From the NCBI RefSeq assembly GCF_000181795.1, contig NW_003526943.1, positions 2,489,666 to 2,553,665 on the forward strand: 64,000 nucleotides of DNA, given 5' to 3'. Source of the DNA: Trichinella spiralis. Taxonomy: Eukaryota. Both the position numbers and the translations under genes were made by a program. Below are positions 24,492 to 37,982 of the stretch, piece after piece. Below the pieces are notes generated by a model, which had not been told where the DNA came from, did no database searches, and was given only the letters and a program-made list of their open reading frames with translations. The stretch's first letter is position 1, and every line of letters starts with the position of its first letter.

Positions 24492-26988
24492 ATGCTGTTT
24501 TTCATTATTTTCACCTGCTTGCATCACGCCACAGCATACAACATCACGGATGACATGATCACTCAGTGGCTGGATTCGATGAAAAAGATCGACAAATTCT
24601 CCTCTAGACAATTTGAATTAGTTCTGGACTTCCAGATTGCTGCCGACAAAGCCACTGGACCGTTGGACAAGTTTGTTTGTAGTGTTTAATTGGCCTCGTA
24701 ATTTGTGCACCTTGAATGCTAAATATGTTATCCACTCGGTTTCAGGCTGATCAAGCATCTCTCTCCTGAAGCTTTGAAACTGCCGACTGTGCAGGCGCTT
24801 TTCGATCTAGTCAACTTCTACACGCCAAAGCTTGGCATCCAAGAGGATGAAACACCCGAGAAGATGCAGAAAATTGAAGCATTTCTTGACGAAGTGATGA
24901 AAAGCAACGTCATCAGATTACTGGTGAACCATTTCAAATTAGCAGGTTGACAATTTTCTTTTCTCTCATTTTTCTCATTTAAAAATTGAAGTATATTCAT
25001 AAATGCAGTCTAGCAAAATGAAGCTGTTTTTATTTTTATGAAAAATTTAATGATAAGCCGCTCACTGTTCATACTCTTGCATGATTTTGTTGCTTTACGC
25101 AATCATTCGAGCAGCTTTATTTCATCTTTTTATTTTTAAATTTAATTTACATATAAACTGTAAAAATTTTCTGTTATCATAAGAATAACTTTTAAATCAT
25201 TTATCTATTTACACACATACACGCACATATATATGACAGAATATCAATATTTTAATCAATATTTCAATATTACATATTTTTCTTTGTTCATAAATTCATT
25301 CATTTTCATTTTAGTATAATTTTAACTATTTTTTGCTTCAGTTAATCCAATTTTTGTGCAAACATAGCCTGTTAGTTTTTATAATGTTCCAGAATAATAA
25401 ACACGTTCATATTTTTAAATTTTGTCAATTTTTTGAAAAATATATGCTGTATAAAGTAAGGAGATTGCATGGTTGTTTATATTTTAAAATCTTCAATTGT
25501 GAGATATTATTTAGTTGTAATTTTTAAATGCATTATACTTTAAATCAAAACTTTATTTGCACAGTACTTTTGATATACCTTTCAATTTTGAATAAATTCT
25601 TTATTACTATAGTATATTTTTCAGAGTAAATAGTAGAAGTGAAATTTCGCCCTGCTGTATTTCAGGTATCATAATAATTTATGGTATATTTATGGTTAGT
25701 ATTTATCATAATAATAATAATTTATGGTTAGGTTGATTTTTTAAAGTAACATATAAATGAAGCTTACAATCGGTTAAAAGAATCCATAATTCGAAATATT
25801 GAAAATATACCATATCTTTTTCAGATTTTTATACCAGAATTTAACCTGATTTTGGGCTGTTATCATTAACTTTTGATTTAAACCAAATGATGCAGTCAAA
25901 CAATGTAGTAGATAAAGAATGGAATTGTCATTTTATCAAAGGATTCAAATTAACATCAAATGCTTTAAAAGAATAAGTGCAAAAATGTGATTCTTCAAGA
26001 TTTGCGTCTTGTTTAATAAGACTATAATTTATACAAATTTATCAATTTTAATTTAATTAAACTTATAATCAGATAGAGTTTTCAAATGATTTACACGATT
26101 ATCTGTATTGACAAATTAAAACTTAATTAAATAATGTACCTATTCCAGAGGATTTAGTAATATTCCATATTGCTAATCTTCTCATTGTTTGGCTGATTTA
26201 TTTGTATCGATAGTTTTGTTTATCTGCAGAAGATGCTATCTAAATTTATTTTATTTAATAAAATTCCATATAATTTGATGAAACAAACATAATTTTACAA
26301 GTGTAATTCAAAATACCTGAAATTTTAGGTGTTCAAGAAGTTGATACGATAGATGAGTTTCGAATGTGGATTAAGAAAAAGTGGTTTACTACTTATGCAC
26401 GTCGAAATGAAGAAGGAATAAATGATAGTTCACTTTTTGAACACTTCTTCTTTGGAGAAATCGTTGAAGAAGAAGAAAAAGTTCTTGGCTTGCACTACTG
26501 GATGCGATATTTTTTGCTTGAAAGTGCAGGGCAAATAACTTACCTTGGCTATAAAATGAAAGAAGCGGTAAGAATTTTAAGTCTCACTATTTGTTGAACT
26601 AAATATAATTTTTATATTTTGAAATATCCAGATAAATTTATACATACTGTGATATTTTTTTATTTTGAATATGATTAACAACAGAGTGTAGTATAATTAC
26701 TTTTAAATGAGCTAATTTTGAAAGATATTTTTTTATTTTTAGGAAAGTTATGCAACAGTTGCTTATAAATGGAATGGATTCCGGAAAGATAGTGGAACAA
26801 TGCTTTTGAGAACAACTCCTGAATTTGAAATTGCGCTATTTTCAATGGGCTATCTGTTTAGACCAAAGCGAATTCAATTTGGCAGATGCACTTTTGCTGT
26901 TGCATCTCATGAAGCTGAAGAGAATGGAATAATGTACTATACTAGTACCTTTGTCAAAAGTCCTAAATGTAAAAAGCCTAAAGCATGA
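24492..26988 (+). CDS. Secreted EndoU/XendoU-family (poly(U)-specific) endoribonuclease; exons approx. 24492-24670, 24746-24945, 26329-26567, 26743-26988
   Basis: Signal peptide MLFFIIFTCLHHATA; DSSLFEHFFFGE (His1), GLHYW (His2), YKWNGFRK (Lys) and TTPEFEIALFS match the EndoU motifs. Introns are phase-compatible GT-AG. Confidence 0.88.
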
Positions 26989-27459
26989 TGTCGTCAGCTG
27001 TTGTTCAATTTTGAAAAATTCATATTTTAAATAATTATTTCTTGAATTAAAGCATGAAGTTATTTATTATTAATATACGTGCGACTAGAACTATTAGGGA
27101 TAAATAAATATTGAGATAAATAATTAAAATTTAAGGTTAAAATATTAATGTTTTTTTCTCAGTTAATTATTGTTTTCATACGCCTATTCATTTAAAAGTG
27201 TTACTGTTTATAAATGATTAGGATGCCGATGTTTGAAATTATTTTAATTATTTTAACTATTAATTAATAAATTAAAGTAATTATTTTAATCGCTTTATGG
27301 CTGAAAGGAGGATAACTTTGCAGTCACTATATTTAATGAATGTACTACCTGTAATTTCTTCTTACTGAAGCATTGAAGCAACTTTTTGTAAAATAATCAC
27401 AGGAAATTTATCAATAATTTGCATTTCAGAAGTTTATAAGTTTACTAAATAGTTCGTTG

Positions 27460-27780
27460 CAGTGACGTTGATGCAGGAAATATACGAGGGTGGATACACG
27501 GAAATAGTGTGTTCATGATGAAACTATTAAATCTAAGATCACTGTAAACATTATTTTCATTATTTGAATAATGCATTACGTTTTTTAGAACAAAATTTGT
27601 CAATAATACTGTCTGTGGCTTATCATATTCTCATTTTTCACTTCGCAATCGTTTAACTAGGTGCCAAAAATCTTGCTGAAATCAATAAACAATAGTTACT
27701 TAACTGAAAAAAATATTTGATGATTCACTAGGGAGGGGGGAGGGCTACCGCCTAAGTCCTCCCCTATATCAACGCTATTG
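27460..27780. mobile_element. Degenerate non-autonomous hAT-like MITE (321 bp)
   Basis: Imperfect TIRs CAGTGACGTTGATGCAGG / CCTATATCAACGCTATTG (13/18 match). Flanking near-identical 8-mers GTTCGTTG (27452-27459) and GTTCGTTA (27781-27788). G/C-run subterminal region. Confidence 0.65.
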
Positions 27781-28764
27781 GTTCGTTATATAATATTCAG
27801 TAAATGCTCAAACATATGGCATTCTATAACGTTATTTTTTTATTGATTGCATTCATGAATATTCAGTGTAAGACATAAAGCAAAGTATAAAGATAGAGAA
27901 TTCTATAAAAGCTTGGAAAATCAAGTTACAATGAGATGTCAGTTATATATAATATTCAATGAAATAATGTATAGCTTACGATGGAATTAATATTTGCATA
28001 AACAATATGAAAACTCCACATATTTTATAAGCTAATCTATGCAAACATTATTTTTCTTCTCTACATAAAAGATGCATATTATTTGCTAAATATAGGTTTA
28101 ATAATAACACTGCTGTATTCGTCATTTGATGTCATTGGGCTAAGCTAGAAAGAATAATGCAAGCATTTAAACAAACCCTTATGCAGCGTGAAATTAAAAA
28201 TTGCCATATAAATGAATAAGTAAAGTGAACCACATAAATAAAATATTAAAAGTAAAGAGTTCCATAAAAAAATAATTTTCATGTGCTCAACAGGCGTTAT
28301 AACATTTTTTTCATTTTTTGATTTCTGTGTTTGATTAATAGCAAATTTTGAAACATTTCACAATGCTCATTTTTATTTAAAATAAATGTTACATGAATAA
28401 TTAAAATCTTTGCAAAAGGAAAAACAGTTTTTACTGCCTTTGAATATCAGAAGGAATAGTTATAATGGATTTTTTGAAACGTACGTATCATTTATTTGTC
28501 AGAACAATGGAATCTTTATTTTGCATTACTTGCTTGAGAATTTACTTTTCTGACTGATGATAGATTAGCTATTCAAAAATGGAATGCGCACACTTTCATA
28601 GAAAAAGGAACACAATATAATCGCATAATATTATCTTGAAATGTAAAATTCTTTTAGAGAAATATTGTATGTTTTGAAAAATGCGCATTTGTGCAAAAAA
28701 TGGGGTTCATTTTTATTCAAACTCAAAGCAGCTTCAGCTAAAAATTTCAAAATTAATGAAGCTA

Positions 28765-29150
28765 CAGTCGAACTTGGTTAAGTGCACATTTCCCTTAAGT
28801 GCATAAGATTTTGGCCTAACAAAATTCCCTGTAGTTCATTATGCGGTAAACTAATGGATAAGTGTACAACTTGGTTAAGTGCATCGTTTTGCTGGGATCC
28901 ACGGGATTTACTGTTCACAGTATGTAGTCTTTAAGTGTACACTATAGGTGCGTTCCCGATTGTTTTATTTTATAGCAACTATTGATACTCAGCAAAGTTG
29001 ATTGTTTGCTATATCAGAATAGCACGCGTATCACAGACAAGTCGAGCTAGGCCAAAGTCAAAACAACTACTGCTTTCCCAAGAAGCTACTCACAAAAAAG
29101 CTGTTTCAGCTCTGGTGACAATTTGGTCATATTTTCACGAAAACAGCATA
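28765..29150 (+). mobile_element. Probable truncated pogo/Tc1-mariner-like DNA transposon end
   Basis: TA|CAGTCGAACTTGGTTAAGTGCAC, followed by several TAAGTG(C/T)A subterminal repeats and a second AACTTGGTTAAGTGCA copy near 28868. No partner TIR was found and the right boundary is uncertain. Confidence 0.45.
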
Positions 29151-30297
29151 AATATATAATGCGCTGCAATGCTTGTTTACAGCTGTGTAACAAACTGTCA
29201 AACAGTAGAATAATAAAAAAACTAATTAAATCCAATTTTTACATATAAACGATATAAACGTGCGTTGAATTCCCTTCATTTCTCATTAATACAAACGCTA
29301 CCATCACAACTCCTGAGTCATAACAAATGTTTAGTATAACGTCATAAAATGCAATGAATAAAAAATGAATGCCGCAAAAAATTAATACAGATAACCGCAA
29401 TATTACAAGATTTACAATGATCTGATTAGTAAAACAGAAATGCATGACTGCTGCATCTGTTTCGTGAGCATGAATAATGACTATAATAACAGTGAATGAA
29501 AGTAACATAGCAATATACTGCATTGAGAGTCTCTCTGATATATTTTAAATAAATAATGATTTCAAAGAACTGTTGCTTGAAAAATAATTTCAGTTTCTAC
29601 TAAATAAATTTACTGAATAATATCATTTGTTACATAACCATTGAACATTGTTGAATACATTTTACATAACCAGAAATCAGTGGAGCATGTGTACAACAAA
29701 ATAAAGAAACTAAAACTGATTATCAATTAGTAATTTATTGATTATAATAACTGCTTAAAACGATCTAAAGGTAATAGAAACAATATACGGAAATAATAAA
29801 TATTTATTGAATGTATTGAAAAGCTATCTATAAATTGGGGGAGTTAAATAATATAATCTTCCTTGTAAATCAGTAAATTTGTCATATATGATGTTATTTA
29901 TGTAAAATATTATATCCATTGTTTTGCACAATTCAACGATTTTGTGCTGTTGGAACTCTCAATTCAACAGTGATACCTATGGATAATAGTTGGAGGTAGA
30001 ACAGAAACGAAAACTATTTCAATTGAGTTGCATGGTAGCTTAAATTTTAAGTTTAATAATCAAATAATGAATCAGAAGAAAAACCGCGAAAATATCAAGG
30101 TTTGTTCACTTTCAATAAACAATTTTAATAGCAATGCAATGATTGAACAAATCAAATAGTTCGTAATATTGATTAATAATTCTTATCGTAATTTTATTAT
30201 AATAAGAGTATTATGTTTTAATGAATTATACAATATTTTGTAGCCAAAAGTGCTTTTAGTTAAAATTGAGAGTTACTTTTAATACAAAAGCAAATAA

Positions 30298-33200
30298 TTA
30301 TTTTATACTTTCAATTGTGCAAGCTGAAGTGTTAAATTGAAAAACATTTACAAAACCGCAACGAGCTGCATGAAAAGTAGTAGTAAAAGGCGGCTCAGCT
30401 ACACCGCCATCACCATTGCATTTGGTTTGCTTTATTGCACTTTCTACTAAATTGCTCGAATCCATAGCTGACTGAAATTCAAACCAACCGCTTTCAGTTC
30501 TATTACAATCCATCAGTACATTCATAAACCAATAATGCTCTCCGTATTTGTTCTCCCATTGATAGCCGACCTGATTTTTAATGTTTGTCGACCAAGCTAA
30601 CGGTGTTCCAATAGTAGAAGAGCCTAGATAAAATTTGAACAATGAAAATATTTTCCAAATATAACATTTTAAATCAACCTTCTGCATTATCACCAGTTGA
30701 CCAGTCGAGGAAATAATCATCACTTCTCCAGTGAATAAATTTTTTCCAACTAGATTGTACGTCTTCAATATGTATTATTGGAATGGAACAAGGAGTGTCG
30801 ATCACATCTGTTTTGCAGCCTTAAAAAATACAATGAGCTTTCTTTAAGCAAATTACTTCATTTCTAAAAATGACACATATGCAATGCAATCTAGAACTTT
30901 ACCTTTCCTGTGTGAAGAATGGACTCCTCCTCGAATAAATACATTTTGCCCTTCGATTGTGGGAAAGTGTATCAATACAACAGTTCTTTTATAAGATGGT
31001 GGCAATGTAAGCTTTGAGGCAACACTGATTGCTACAGCAGTTTCTGGTTCTACGACCAGCTTCACTTTGCCGTCCGTTGTAACTTCGATAGTTTTACCTG
31101 AACATCCTTTATTTGTTACACTCCCAGTCATAAAGTCACAATAAAATCCCGCTGGAAGACTCGTTTGAACTTGCACCACCCAAGCGTTATGTGGATCATT
31201 GTTCAAAGCATAAAAGCCATTACTACCACGAGAAAATGCTATCCGATGATGGTCAGAAATTATGTTCGTGTTCGGCAAACCAGCAACACTGGCACTAAAA
31301 AGTGTCATTCTTTTGATTTCATGCCACCGATGTTCACAAACCCAACCGCTTGATTGATTACATAAACCATCAGGAGTGAATGTAGGACTTTTTGTTTTAA
31401 AATCTGGCCTTCCAAATGAAGGTGGACCCTAAAATTTGAAAACATAAAATAAAAAGGATTTGCAATTGCTGAATCTTTATATTAAAGATAAAAAAAATTT
31501 TTTCATTTAATTCATTATTTACGCTTCTTCAAAAAACCTGAAAAAATATTTTATTATTAGGCAATAAGTGTTTCTTTTCAAACAAATATTTGGGCTCATT
31601 TTCTTATTAGCTCTTGAATTTCATTAGTTCTTTTTTCATCTGATTTATACAGAAATATCAAGAAACAGCTATTCACATTTCAGCTTTACCAAAATGCTTT
31701 TGACAAGTTTCAGATAGTCTGATGAAAGATCTACTATATATATATATATATGTATGTATAGTGGATTAGCTTCGCCATTGCTGAATGGGAGAAGCAATTG
31801 TTTCAATAGAAAAAAATGTTTTACAAACAGTTAAATTTCTAGATTGTCAAACGGGGAACATTGTGAATTTACCGTCAGAAACATGAGAAATTTGAAAATG
31901 CTACTTTGGTTAGTGTGTGCCAAAAATTTACCTCAGATGGAAATGAACCGATGTTCTCTATTTCTGTTTTAAACTTAAAAATTCATTATTGCATTCTGAT
32001 TCAAAATATGAAATAAATCCATATCGTTGATTTTGTTCATACTCACCATATCATGACCATTAAAATAATAACTGGACATCAGTCTTGGAATTCCATAATT
32101 CCATGCTAGCATAAAGCTGACGGCCAATTTGTACATTTTTGGAGTTTTATAAGTGAGAACTTTTCCTCCTCCTCCGCTTCCTCGCTGGTTGTCATGATTG
32201 TCAACAAAAACAAGAACATCATGACTCTTCCAGTAGTTCCATTCTGGTCCAAAATTTTTAAAATACAAAAAATTTTCATTTCGCATCACAGCGGCTGACA
32301 AGTCCAATCCGTAGCGAAAGTTAGTAATGCGTCCAAAATCGACATATTCAGAACCTTGGATTGCTTCTGCACCTTGATCAATAACTTCGTGGAAGACAAA
32401 AGCACATTTATCTTAATAAAGTGAAAAGTTTATTTGAAATGGTCATAATAAATTAGTCAATTTTCATACCTTTTGGATAATATGCTGGATTGAGATGATT
32501 CACTCGCTTGAGAATATTTCGAATGTCATCAGGCCACATATGCTTGGCAGCGTCAATGCGAAATCCCGCAACTCCTATATCAATTAAATGATTCAAATAG
32601 TCAGCAATCTTCTGTTGAACTTCCACTTTTGACAGTTTCAAGTCTACCAGTGATACTAAACGACAATTTCGCACTTCCGCAGCATTGTCATAATTTTTAA
32701 TATCATGATTGCATATATTGTCATTAAAATCGCTTGGACCATAAGGCACAGCTGGAAATGACTCTTTAAATGGTGTAGAATTATAAGAAGAACCGCCAGA
32801 ACCACATCCTTTCATATTTGCACCGACCATGTGATTAATGACACCATCGACTAGTATTCTAAACAAATTTTAAAAATTATTTCTTCGAAGTAAAAGACAT
32901 TTTCCCAAACATTTCCCTAACATTAGTACTTACTTGATTCCAACTTTCATACATCGTTGGACCATGTCGATGAATTCTTTTTCAGTGCCACTTCTACTGT
33001 GCAGCAGATATGAAACTGGCTGATATCGTAACCACCATGAGTAATCACCTTTGTGCTCAAATACAGCATGTTCATTTGGTGGTGACACTTGAATTAAGCC
33101 GATGCCTGTATCTTTCAAAAATGTTTCACATTCATTAGCAATATCAGTCCATTTCCATTCGAAAAGATGAACAGCCACAGGCCGGCGAGGATCCGTTTGC

Positions 33201-33307
33201 AATTCGTCGAAGCAATCATCTGAAACTTTATCTCCATCGCCGATGACCACCTGCCAATGAACCACTAGCAGAAGCCAGGCAATCAACCGAGTAAAGTGTT
33301 TTTGCAT
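30298..33307 (-). CDS. Secreted animal-type (chloride-dependent) alpha-amylase GH13 with C-terminal extension domain; 6 exons
   Basis: Signal peptide; VHLFEWKWTDIANECE, QVSPPNE, WWLRYQPVSY, DGVINHM, GFRIDAAKHM (nucleophile), FHEVID (acid/base), FVDNHDNQR, GIPRLMSSY, IAFSRG; then an extra C-terminal domain of roughly 175 aa. Confidence 0.95.
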
Positions 33308-34214
33308 AGAGTAAGCGAAGAAGAGAACCAAAATTTGCTAAAAATGCTTTTCAGAAATTCTTAATTATGTCCACCTTTAAATTAAGTGCTTTTAATTAAT
33401 TTTTCTGTTTGAACAATCCGATGACGCTTCAAGTAAATAATAAATGAACGTGCATACATCATGCCAATGGTAACTATGTGCAATTACTGATGATTACGTC
33501 CAGACAGACATCTTGATTGACCAGCTGTTTTTTCTTTATGTCCTTGCCCGTATGTCTGAAAATTCAATTTTTTCTCTTTCTGAAAAATTGTACAACAGCG
33601 ACTTTTAAACACAGGTCCATCAAATGCTTTATTTTTTTTCAATAAACACACTACCACCGTGTAATTAGACTGTGCACATATTAGTTTTTAGGGATGTTAT
33701 TGTCTCCCTATTTTTTGTTTATTGTGGTTTTAATAAGAAACTGAAAATGTAATATCAGTAAATAAATTTACAAAGTGCATATGTGAATGTTTTTTTCTAT
33801 TTTTTTACCAATTTCATTTTTATTTTGGAAGCATTTTTGTATAATAAATATTAAATAAAATTTCTCTTAAAAACACATCAAAATTTGCAAGTGTTAATGT
33901 TGAATGTTGTGAATAATGTTCAAAAATCACGCATAAAAATATTAAACAATAATATATGTTTAACTACACGCTGTGACAAAATAAACAATCCGTAATTTCT
34001 CATCAAACATATCTGCATACTAGAAGAGCGCTGTAACTGAAGTGCATAATTGCTTAGGTTCATTATATGAATAAAATAAATATTAATTTATTGCTGTTTA
34101 CATTTTGAGAATTTACAATCATAAATGTCACTAACATTGCAGTTATAACAGGTCAACATGAATATGATACTTTAAAAATTAAAAAATGAATGCAAAGTGA
34201 ATGATACTTTAGAG

Positions 34215-35013
34215 CAATGGTTCTCAAACTTTCTGGGCTGTGACCTACTGTCAGAAACGGTAATTTTTCACGACCCACCGACTTGCAATGCATACTTTGA
34301 AAGGTAAGAGGTGTAATAAAAAATATTAGTTTAATTCTTTTCAATTGTTTAATGAATCAGTTAATCACCAGTTAACCAAATCAGCCTAATTATAAGTTGA
34401 TTAGTTAAATGCATAATGAGGTGTATGTAAACAATGGGCTTGTTTTCTGTTTTGACTGATTACTAAATTTGACATCCACAGTAACACGTGTTAGATTTAG
34501 ACGCAAGATGTTGGATAACTATAGCTTATTTCTAAATTTGCCTTTAATTCCATTCATTGCTGAAAATCCACTTTTTCACAAGTAGGAAGTAGTAAAAGGA
34601 AGCTACATGTTTAATGCTGCGGTGGAACGAGTTGGATATGCGTTTTAAATTGATAGCCAAAATTGTGTTAATGTTTTACAATCAAAACTGATTTTAAACA
34701 AACATTTTTAATTTTAAATCAAAACTGATTTTAAACAAACTGATCTTCAGCCAAATTGATAAATTATTCGTCTGTCTTTGTGGATATGCCAGTAGCCACA
34801 ACATTGTGTGCTGTGAGGAGCCGGACAGAAATAGTGATGCTCAGGTCATCGGTAGCTGAATCAAAGTTTAATTGTTCATCCAAAAATTTTCGATGAATAA
34901 AACTCTCATAAATAACATAAAGATAACTCCAGTACTTTAATATTTTACGCGACCCACCCAGAATCTGCTGATGATCCACCAGTGGATCGCAACCCACACT
35001 TTGAGAACCACTG
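34215..35013. mobile_element. Non-autonomous hAT (Buster/Charlie-type) element, 799 bp
   Basis: TIRs CAATGGTTCTCAAA / TTTGAGAACCACTG (13/14 match). Perfect 8-bp TSD CTTTAGAG at 34207-34214 and 35014-35021, with central TA. Subterminal CGACCC-like repeats. Confidence 0.9.
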
Positions 35014-37162
35014 CTTTAGAGTATAGTTTGCTTTTTTAATTTTTAATGCTAATTTGATTTTGCTACAATGCAAGCACAACTGACAAAATGAAATCTTCGT
35101 AAATTAAATAATATAAATGTATATGTTATACACCCACAATAAGTATATACATGTTGTTAGTGACAAAAGTTTGATGTCGCCTTCAAACTCAGTGGACTAT
35201 AGGCTCCTTTCCAGATGGGAAGTCAAATCAATTACGACCTTCTAACCCTGACTGTTGAAACACGCCCTTTGCGTTCACAAGCTGAACTAGTCTCCCGTAC
35301 TACAGTGGGCTTGATATTAGCCCTCCGTTGCATTGTTGGGGTCCATTTGACCATGGGTCCAAGGGGGCTATAAATGTATATTACTCCATCATTTTTCATT
35401 GCTACGCTCTGAGGTTTCCGGCATCTCTTTTGAAACAGTTTTATGAATTTTGAAAAAAATCGATGTTCTACGACTATTTTTAAGGTCTCCACAGCATGTC
35501 AAGGTTGAAATGTACGTTTTTGGATTTTTCTGTCAAATTGACATGAAACCATAAAAAGTGGAATAAAAAAGTTAAAATAATCTTAAACCATATTAAAATG
35601 GCCTTTTAATATAGCTCTCTGTTCGCTCTACGTGCGTAATATCAGGAAATATTTAATAAAATCAATTTTCACAAAATTAAGCGGAAAAATATGCAAAAAC
35701 CAGGTCTCACAAAATGGTAATTTTATTTTTTTGATTTGATTTGCGTTTAATTTGATATACTCGTTGATTATAGCAATTTTTATAAAGAAAATATAAATTT
35801 TCACCGCAGCAGATGTAGCGCAGTTGCTGCAACCGGTACTGCATTTTCTGTCCTTTTTTGGTCGCAAAATGTGCATCTTTTTCTGATGCCTTTCTATGTT
35901 TTCACCGCTGATGATTGCTGTACTGCCGCTGTCATTACCATCCCTCCTTATTTGGTACGGCAGCAATTGTGGTGGACTTGCTATTCGAGTTTAGTCTCTC
36001 TCGGTAAAATTTTCAGGGCTAATTTTCTATTGGTTGGCAAAAAATCGAGTTTTCATTGGATAGCTTCTCACTGTATAGTTATGGAGTAATAGCATTGGTT
36101 GTCTCGCCTAAACTTTTCATTGATTAAAATTGTTCTGCTTTTATTAACTACATTTTTTTATTTTATTGGTCTAAATTCTTGATTACGTAACAATTCATTA
36201 CGTAACACTTCATCTCCTATAGTGTTTCATCAGTGACGTTACCAATTTGACAGTAGAATATTTTCAATGTTTTTAGCCGTGTTTTCTTTTCAAATATTTA
36301 TTTTTCTATATTGCATATTTTACTGCTATGGTAGCCAAATGAAGTTTAATTATTTTTTGAAGTCAATTTTTCCAAATGAGGCTTACTTTTCAATACTCAA
36401 CAACAACAATATAAATAGCAAATAACAGAGAATAAAGCGAATAATGAACAACAGTAAATAACAGATAATAACCATAATGATAATAACATATAATACAAAA
36501 CCACCACTTGGAAGGCGGCATTAAATCAGCTCTGGCGTGAGGTACATTAAAGCTTCAAGAAACCGCTCCAAGGTACGCCTGCCGCTGGTGTATTATTCAC
36601 TCATATATATATCATAACCTGTATTCATTCCTGACTTCTCTAAAGAATGAAAACTGGCCGGATGCTGATGGCTCAGCGGAGACGACTGTGGCTTCTTCAT
36701 CATAAATTTGCGGGATGATGCTCGCTTCTACAGCAATCCGCTTTTTCAACATGGGCTATTTTATTGGGCCGTCAAGTCGTTGTCTTATTGGTTTTCCTTG
36801 TTTAATTGCTCATTGATTCAAATCTTTCCCTTGTAATTAGCTGTAATATTTTTTCATTTCATTGGTTCAAATATTCCATTTAGGATTACGTAACTTTAAA
36901 AGTAGTAATTATATATGGATATTTAATAATGGAAATGTTTATTGCTCCAAAATTTTAGTGTCTTTTTGAAGTTTCGTCATTCATTGAAATTTTGTTTATT
37001 TAAATATATTATTTGTGGTGAAGTTTATACTTTTTTATGATCAACATTCCCAAATATAATTTTTATCATTATTCTATATTTTATTGTACCAAAGTAATGT
37101 TACATCAAATGCGATAGTAATAATTCAAAAAAAAACAATCCAAAAAACAAGTTAAATAGTGA

Positions 37163-37274
37163 NNNNNNNNNNNNNNNNNNNNNNNNNNNNNNNNNNNNNN
37201 NNNNNNNNNNNNNNNNNNNNNNNNNNNNNNNNNNNNNNNNNNNNNNNNNNNNNNNNNNNNNNNNNNNNNNNNNN
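37163..37274. other. Assembly gap (N run)
   Basis: Run of N. Confidence 1.
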
Positions 37275-37399
37275 TTCTGAAATTATTACTATCGCATTAA
37301 TATAACGTCACTTTGGTACAGTAAAATAGAGAACAATGATAAAAATTATTTTCCGAAATACTGATCATGAAAAAGTATAGACTTCACTACAAATAATAT

Positions 37400-37982
37400 T
37401 GTTGAGAAATCTTTTCTCAATATCTGCTCATCACTATGTAAAAATTCCCGTGGCAACAAAGCATTGCTCCTGGTACGAAAACAACAATTGCGCGACGCCA
37501 GTTGCATCCTTTGTTTTTCTTGATGTTAAACAATGGAATGGCAATTAAATCATCAAAACGTCAGCGTCCTGTAATATATTTGTCACAACTTTTGTGGTCA
37601 GTTGCTGAAAAAGCGTCAAATTGAAATGAGGCTGACAGCGCACCTGTTCAGATTCCGGCTAAGCTGCACAGTCTAAGGGATGGCGTGCCCACGCCGATTT
37701 ATAATTGCTTTTCATTTTTTTATCGAGGACGCCGGATGCGGAGTGACGCCAAGAAAAAGATATAAATACAAGTGCGGAGGGAGGAGGGACATTAACACGG
37801 AACACGCCGTATCGAATACCGCCTGAACCGTTTCTTTTCTCTCGCTATATCATTATTATTACTCACTGTTTGTTCTGAATAAACCGATTCTTAGTCAAAC
37901 CCACTGTCACTGATATTTTATATTTAACACATACAGTCCACTACCAAAGAATCCTGAAGTTCGAACTAAAGATTTTTCAACA
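37400..37982 (+). mobile_element. Solo LTR (583 bp), probably BEL/Pao-type retrotransposon
   Basis: TG...CA termini with inverted ends TGTTGAGAAATCTTT / AAAGATTTTTCAACA. 5-bp TSD AATAT at 37395-37399 and 37983-37987. Internal TATAAA near 37761 and AATAAA near 37878 give the orientation. Confidence 0.8.

Noticed and set aside
35190..36880. GC-richer patchwork with TACAGTG/CACTGTA ends and repeated ATTGG motifs, probably repeat-derived
   Set aside because: No consistent TIR pair or TSD could be established, and the ORFs show no transposase motifs.
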